DNA of 64,000 bases from Octopus vulgaris (taxonomy: Eukaryota): the NCBI GenBank assembly GCA_951406725.2, contig OX597817.1, positions 167,772,001 to 167,836,000 on the forward strand, given 5' to 3'. This document shows, in pieces, positions 57,969 to 64,000 of this stretch. The translations under genes were made by a program, and so were the position numbers. Every line of letters begins with the position of its first letter. The first letter of the stretch is position 1. A model generated the notes under the pieces. It was not told the origin of the DNA. It ran no database searches and was given only the letters and a program-made list of their open reading frames with translations.

Positions 57969-58290
57969 ATATATAAAAAAGGAAATGAAGAAAATGCTGA
58001 CAAAATATTTGAGTAATTTAAGTAATTTAATTAGGTGGAAGTTCTTTTTACCGGTTGCGCATTTGTTATGCTTATCAAAAGATATTTTTTTAAGAGAGAT
58101 AGAGTTCCTTTCTGATAGATTTTTTTCCTCTCATCTGGATAAGAGGAAAAAATCTATCAGAAAGGAACTCTTTCTCTCTTAAAAAAATATCTTTTGATAA
58201 GCATAACAAATGCGCAACCGGTAAAAAGAACTTCCACCTAATTAAATTACTTAAATTACTTAAATTATTTTGTCAGCATTTTCTTCATTT

Positions 58291-58304
<14 letters not shown>
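57969..58304. repeat. Near-perfect hairpin with arms of about 160 bp and a 10-nt loop
   Basis: Arms 57969-58131 and 58142-58304 are reverse complements with few mismatches. Confidence 0.9.
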
Positions 58305-58325
<21 letters not shown>

Positions 58326-58504
58326 CGACAGGTTTCTATCAGTTTCTGTCTACCAAATCTACTCACAAGGCTTTCGTCAGCCTGAGACTATAGTAGAAGA
58401 CAGTTGCCCAAAGTGCCACACAGTGGGACTGAACCCAGAACCATGTGGTTGGGAAGCAAGCTTCTTACCACAAAGCCACGCCTGCGCCTATACATATATG
58501 TGTG

Positions 58505-58543
<39 letters not shown>

Positions 58544-58549
58544 ACTGAA

Positions 58550-59850
58550 AATGTGTAGAGAACAGCTTCTGTCACATTCCAGGAAGGAAAACTACAAGTA
58601 GTTGATAGCTTCCGTTACCTTGGGGACCAAGTCAGTAGCGGAGTGGATGCTCTGAAAGTGTAGCTGCTAGAATAAGAATAGCCTGGGCAAATTTCAGAGA
58701 GCTCCAACCTCTGCTGGTGACAAAGGGCCTCTCACTCAGACTGTATGATGCATGTGTATGAACAGCCATGCTACATGGCAGCAAAACATGGGCTTTGACT
58801 GCTGAGGACATGCGTAAGCTTGCAAGGAATCAAGGCAGTATGCTCTGCTGGATGTGTAATGTCAGTGTGCATACACAACAGAGTGTAAGTGCCCTGAGAG
58901 AAAAGTTGGATTTAAGAAGCATCAGATGTGGTGTGTGAGAGAGATGACTGCGCTGGTATGGTCATGTGTTGCGAATGAATGAGGACAGCTATGTGTAAAA
59001 GTGTCACACCCTAGCAGTTGAGGGAACCTGTGGAAGAAGTAGATCCAGGGAAACCTGGGATGGGGTGGTGAAGCACGACCTTCGAACATTGGGCCTTACC
59101 GAGGCAATGACTAGTGACCGAAACCTAGGAGATATGCTGTGCTTGAGAAGATCCGATAAGCCAAGTGAGACCATAGCCAATGGCCTATGTCAGTGGGGGT
59201 AACCAGCCCATTTATGAATACCCCTCATTCATTGGACAATAAACCTTGCTTGTGAAGATCTATTGAGGCAAGTGAAATCAAAATTGCTGATGTGGCTGAT
59301 GACAGTACTGCCTGATTGGCACTCATGCCAGTGGAATGTTAAAAGCACATCCGATTGTGGAGTGTAACTAGCCCACTTATGAGTACCCCTCATTCATTGG
59401 ACAATGAACTTTGCTTGTGAAGACCTATTGAGGCAAGGGAAATCAAAATCGCTGATTTGGCTGATGACAGTACCGTCTGATTGGCACTTGTGCCAGTAGA
59501 ACATTAAAAGTACATCTGAGCATGATCGTTGCCAGGGTCACGGATTGGGTCCCATGCCAGTAGCACGTAAAAAGCACCATTCAAGCATGATCGTTGCCAG
59601 CGCCACCTTACCGGCACATGAAAAACAGCATTTGAGCATGGTCATTGCCAGAACTGCCTGACTGGCACGTAAAAGCACCCACTACAATCTCGGAGTGGTC
59701 AGCATTAGCAAGAGCATCCAGCAGTAGAACCTTTGCTAGATCAGATTGAGCCTGGTGCAGCCTTCTGGCTCACCAGTCCTCAGTCAAACCATCCAACACA
59801 TGCCAGTATGGAAAGTGGTCATTAAACAATGACGACAATGATGATGATGA
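58550..59850 (+). mobile_element. RTE-clade LINE 3' portion, same family
   Basis: Colinear with 4790-5921 and has the same terminus. Confidence 0.82.
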
Positions 59851-60377
59851 TATATATATATATATATATATATTTTTTTATATATCATTGTCCACTTTTC
59901 GATGCTTGCAAGTGTCAAATCAAATTCACTGAGGCAGATTTTCTATGGCTGGATGCACTTCCTGTCACCAACCCTCACTTTTTTTAAGGAAAGTAATATT
60001 TTCCCGGATTCTTCGAACATACATAGACGTACATACATACATTCACACATACATTCACACATACATACACACATACATGAACACAAACATGCACACATAC
60101 ATACTCATGCATGCACACATGCATGCATGCATACATGCACACATACAGACACACATACATATGCACATACGTGCACATATACATGCACACATACATGTAT
60201 ACATACATGCACACATACAGACACATACATACGCACATACATGCACATACACATACACACATACATACATACACACATACACACATACTGATCATATTTA
60301 CTCTCACCCATATACATGTACACATGTACATTAAGACATTCTGTTTATGATATTTTGTGTGTATTTCTCTGCCCCAG

Positions 60378-60498
60378 GATGTTAAAGAGTGTAAGACACA
60401 ACACATCCAAGTTCAATATCCCTGTTGAAAAACTTCGTCCATTCGAGAAATTGATGCTGACCCAAGAGGGACAGTTATTTGATGGTTACATATTCTTG
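60378..60498 (+). CDS. WASHC4: WASHC4 coding exon 8 (gene continues beyond the window)
   Basis: Acceptor gccccag. (R)[40 protein letters not shown]. Donor GTCAGT, 121 nt. Confidence 0.94.
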
Positions 60499-60541
60499 GT
60501 CAGTATGATATTGTTATTATTATTGTTATTACTATTATTGT

Positions 60542-60889
60542 GAAGGCGCATGGCTCAGTGGTTAGAGCGTCGAGCTTACGATCGTGAGGTTGTGAGCTCG
60601 AATCCCGGACCGGGCTGCGTGTTGTTTTCTTGAGCAAAGCACTTTATTTCACGTTGCTCCAGTTCACTCAACTGTAGAAATGAGTTGCGATGTCACAGGT
60701 GCCAAGCTGTATCGACCTTTGTCTTTCCCTTGGATAACACTGGTGGTGTGGAGAGGGGAGGCTGGTATGCATGGGCGACTGCTGGTCTTCCATAAACAAC
60801 CTTGCCCGGACTTGTGTCTAGGAGGGTAACTTTCTAGGTGCAATCCCATGGTCATTCATGACCGAAGGGGGTCTTTACCCTTTTTACCC
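60542..60889 (+). mobile_element. tRNA-derived SINE with 13-bp TSD, 43 bp downstream of exon 8
   Basis: A box TGGCTCAGTGG and B-box-like GAGCTCGAATCCC. TTACTATTATTGT occurs on both sides. Confidence 0.8.
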
Positions 60890-62324
60890 TTACTATTATT
60901 GTTTAGGATAATGGATTGGCAAAATTATTTGAATTTTGGAAAAAATTGTTATGTAATATTTGTTCTCAACTCTTTATATTCTGAAAGCGAATCCCACTGA
61001 AGCCAACTTTGCTTTCCAAATTTTTAAGGGTCAATAAAATAGACTACCAGTCAAATACTGGGGTCAGAGTTATTGACTAACCTCCTCCCAACAAATTTCT
61101 AGCCTCATACCAATATTGGAAACAATTATTATTATTATTATTATTTGCCTTACTGGTACATGAAAAAACATTCGAGCGAGGTCGTTGCCAGTGCCACTGG
61201 ACTGGTCCTCTGCAGGTGGCACATAAAAAGCACCATTTGAGCAAGGCCATTGCCAGTACCACCCGACTGGCCCTCGTGCTGGTGGCATGTAAAAGCACCC
61301 ATTACACTCTGAGTGGTTGGCGTTAGGAAGGGCATCCAGCTGTAGAAACTTTTCCAGATCAGATTAGAGTCTGGTGTAGCCTCAGTCAAATTGTCCAACC
61401 CATGCTAGCATGGAAAGCAGACGTTAATCGATGATGATGATGATGATGATGATGATTGTGCGGCAAGCTGGCAGAATCATTATCTGAGTTCAAATTCCGC
61501 CTTTCATCCTTTCAGGGTTGATAAAATAAGCATCATTTGAGCACTAGGGTCAATGTAATTGATTAGAATTATAATTCTTGTTGTTTGTAAAGGGTAGAAA
61601 CTCTACCAGTGTAAAGGTTTTTGGTTTATATTTTTTCAACAACTCTGCACGAGACTATGTCTATGACCTTGACACTTCATTCTTAAATGATCCAGTCTAC
61701 CTGGCCATGAATAGGTCCTACAGTGGCAACACTATACAGGGGACAAACATTTAAGTTAACCTTGCAGTTCTGAGTTCAACTTTACCAACATGTGCAGGGA
61801 ATTCTCTTAAGCATTTAATCCAACCCAAATATTCTACCTGTTTAAAACTGACCACATCCAACCTCTCACACCTACCCTATAATGTCATTTTAAAAATATG
61901 CAAACGCACCATTGAAATCTTGAAACTACAAGATAATGTGCGATTAATTTAAAACAATGCGCAGGAGTGGCTGTGTGGTAAGTAGCTCACTAATCAACCA
62001 CATGGTTCAGGGTTCAGTCCCACTGCGTGGCATCTTGGGCAAGTGTCTTCTGCTATAGCCTCGGGCCGACCAATGCCTTGTGAGTGGATTTGGTAGATGG
62101 AAACTGAAAGAAGCCCGTCGTATATATGTAGATATATATGTGTGTGTGTGTGTTTGTCCCCCTAGCATTGCTTGACAACCGATGCTGGTGTGTTTACGTC
62201 CCCGTCACTTAGCGGTTCGGCAAAAGAGACCGATAGAATAAGTACTGGCGGTGCTCCAGCATGGCCGCAGTCAAATGACTGAAACAAGTAAAAGAGTGAA
62301 AAAGAGAGTAATGTAAATAAATAA

Positions 62325-62542
62325 GGCGGCGAGCTGACAGAAGCATCGGCACGCCAGGCGAAATGCTTAGCGGTATTTCGTCTGAGTTCAAATTCCGCCA
62401 AGGTCGACTTTGCCTTTCATCCTTTCAAGGTTGATAAATTAAGTACCAGTTACGCACTGGAGTCGATGTAATCGACTTAATTCCTTTGTCTGTCCTTGTT
62501 TGTCCCCTCTATGTTTAGCCCCTTGTAGGCAATAAAGAAATA
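62325..62542 (+). mobile_element. SINE with Tx1-like tail and an imperfect TSD of about 17 bp
   Basis: Flanks GTAATGTAAATAAATAA and GCAATGTGAATAAATAA. Confidence 0.8.
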
Positions 62543-62718
62543 GCAATGTGAATAAATAAGCAATACATTTGACAAAGAAATCTGAATGCGAAATGTTTAA
62601 AGAAGAGTTTCGTAATTGCCTCAGTCCATCTCTCTGTTCTGGCTAAACTCTGGACTATATGATAGCGATGGTGTGTGTACGATCTCACCATTAGTGAGAC
62701 ACCTTACCAAGTCTTTAG

Positions 62719-63189
62719 CCCTTTCGTTACTGTATTTCTGTTGAGATGCCCTGTTTTTCTTTCAATTACTTTAAGTATAACAAAGAATTTAGTAAAATAA
62801 CTTAGTTATCATTCAGCTAGTGTTAGGAACATAAATTGTGACTAAGGTTTCATGGAAGATTTTAATTCAAAACTTATGAAAACAAGACGTTTGTACTACA
62901 GAGCCAGAGCCAGTTTTGGCCGGGTTGGTAACGAAAGGGTTAAGAATTGTTTCTCTATTATATATTTTAACCCTTTTGTTACCATATTCTGTTGAGATAC
63001 TCTGTGTTTCTTTCAATTACTTTAAATATAACAAAGAATTTAGTAAAGTAACTTAGTTATCATCAAGCTAGTGTTAGGAACATAAATTGTGACTAAGGTT
63101 TGATGGAAGATTTTAATTCAAAACTTATGAAAACAAGACATTTGTACTCAAACCCAGAGCCAGTTTCAGCTGGGTTGATAACGAAAGGG
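62719..63189. mobile_element. Two tandem piggyBac-like MITEs
   Basis: 62719-62939 and 62971-63189, with CCCT...AGGG termini and TTAA-like flanks. Confidence 0.78.
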
Positions 63190-64000
63190 TTAAATATAGT
63201 GATGACAATGTTGTCAGATGACCTAGCACAGTTGTGGAGTTGATTGTGGTATAGTGCCATTGTGGGTCATTGTGGCACAGCAGTGGATTGGAACATAGCC
63301 TGGTGTAGTAAGGGATATAGCACATAAGTGATGTGGGACCTCATACACTGCCTCTTTGGAACATAGCCTAGTGGTATTTAGGATATAAGTCAGTAATGAC
63401 ATCTTGTGGTATACAGTAATACAATAGCAGTGTAATATGATGTATAGTACAGTGATGATGTGATTTTAGTAGTATATTACACTACATACAGACCTATTTG
63501 CAATTTTTAGTTATATACAGGCTGGCCTGCTTAATATTTATTTACCAGAGCAGCTGTCTGGCTTCTGTGCCAGTGGCTCATCAAAAGCACCATTTGAGCG
63601 TGATCGTTACCAGTGTCGCCTTACTGGCACTTGTACCAGTGGCACATGAACAAAACATTCGAGCGAGGTCATTGCCACTGCCACTGGACTGACTCCTGTG
63701 CAGGTGGCATGTAAAAAAACACCATTTGGAGTGTGGCTGTTGCCATTACCGCCTGACTGGCGCTCGTGCAGGTGGTACATAAAAGCACCCACTACACTCT
63801 CAGAGTGGTTGGCATTAGGAAGGGCATCCAGCTGTAGAAACTCTGCCAGATCAAGATTGGAGCCTGGCGCAGCCATCTGGTTTGCCAGTCCTCAGTCAAA
63901 TTGTCCAACCCATGCTAGCATGGAAAGCAGACGTTAAACGATGATGAGGATAATGATGGTGATGCAATGAGTGAAAGAATGTCAGCCACTGTACCTGCTG

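Overview
Eukaryotic (animal) genomic DNA, very rich in repeats and microsatellites. The repeat families suggest a coleoid cephalopod such as Octopus, but that is an inference. One host gene is present: the first eight coding exons of WASHC4 (SWIP/KIAA1033, WASH complex subunit 4) on the + strand from 26944 to 60498. They have GT-AG introns with matching phases, encode about 260 aa, and the gene continues beyond the window. The rest is transposon-derived: a near full-length Tx1-clade LINE, CR1-group, RTE, Dong/R4-like and HERO-like LINE fragments, at least six SINE-like families, three non-autonomous Helitrons, a decayed hAT transposon, piggyBac-like and Merlin-like MITEs, Penelope-type inverted repeats carrying hammerhead ribozyme motifs, and one assembly gap. 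Three observations stand out. (1) A Tx1 LINE and a SINE share a 3' end and both insert at the same nucleotide inside the tRNA-like head of that SINE family, building a self-nested array. (2) A tRNA-headed SINE-like element carries a minimal hammerhead ribozyme and forms fold-backs flanking WASHC4 exon 2. (3) A CR1-LINE/SINE pair shares a 3' stem-loop with compensatory changes. Family assignments come from motif recognition, not from database searches.
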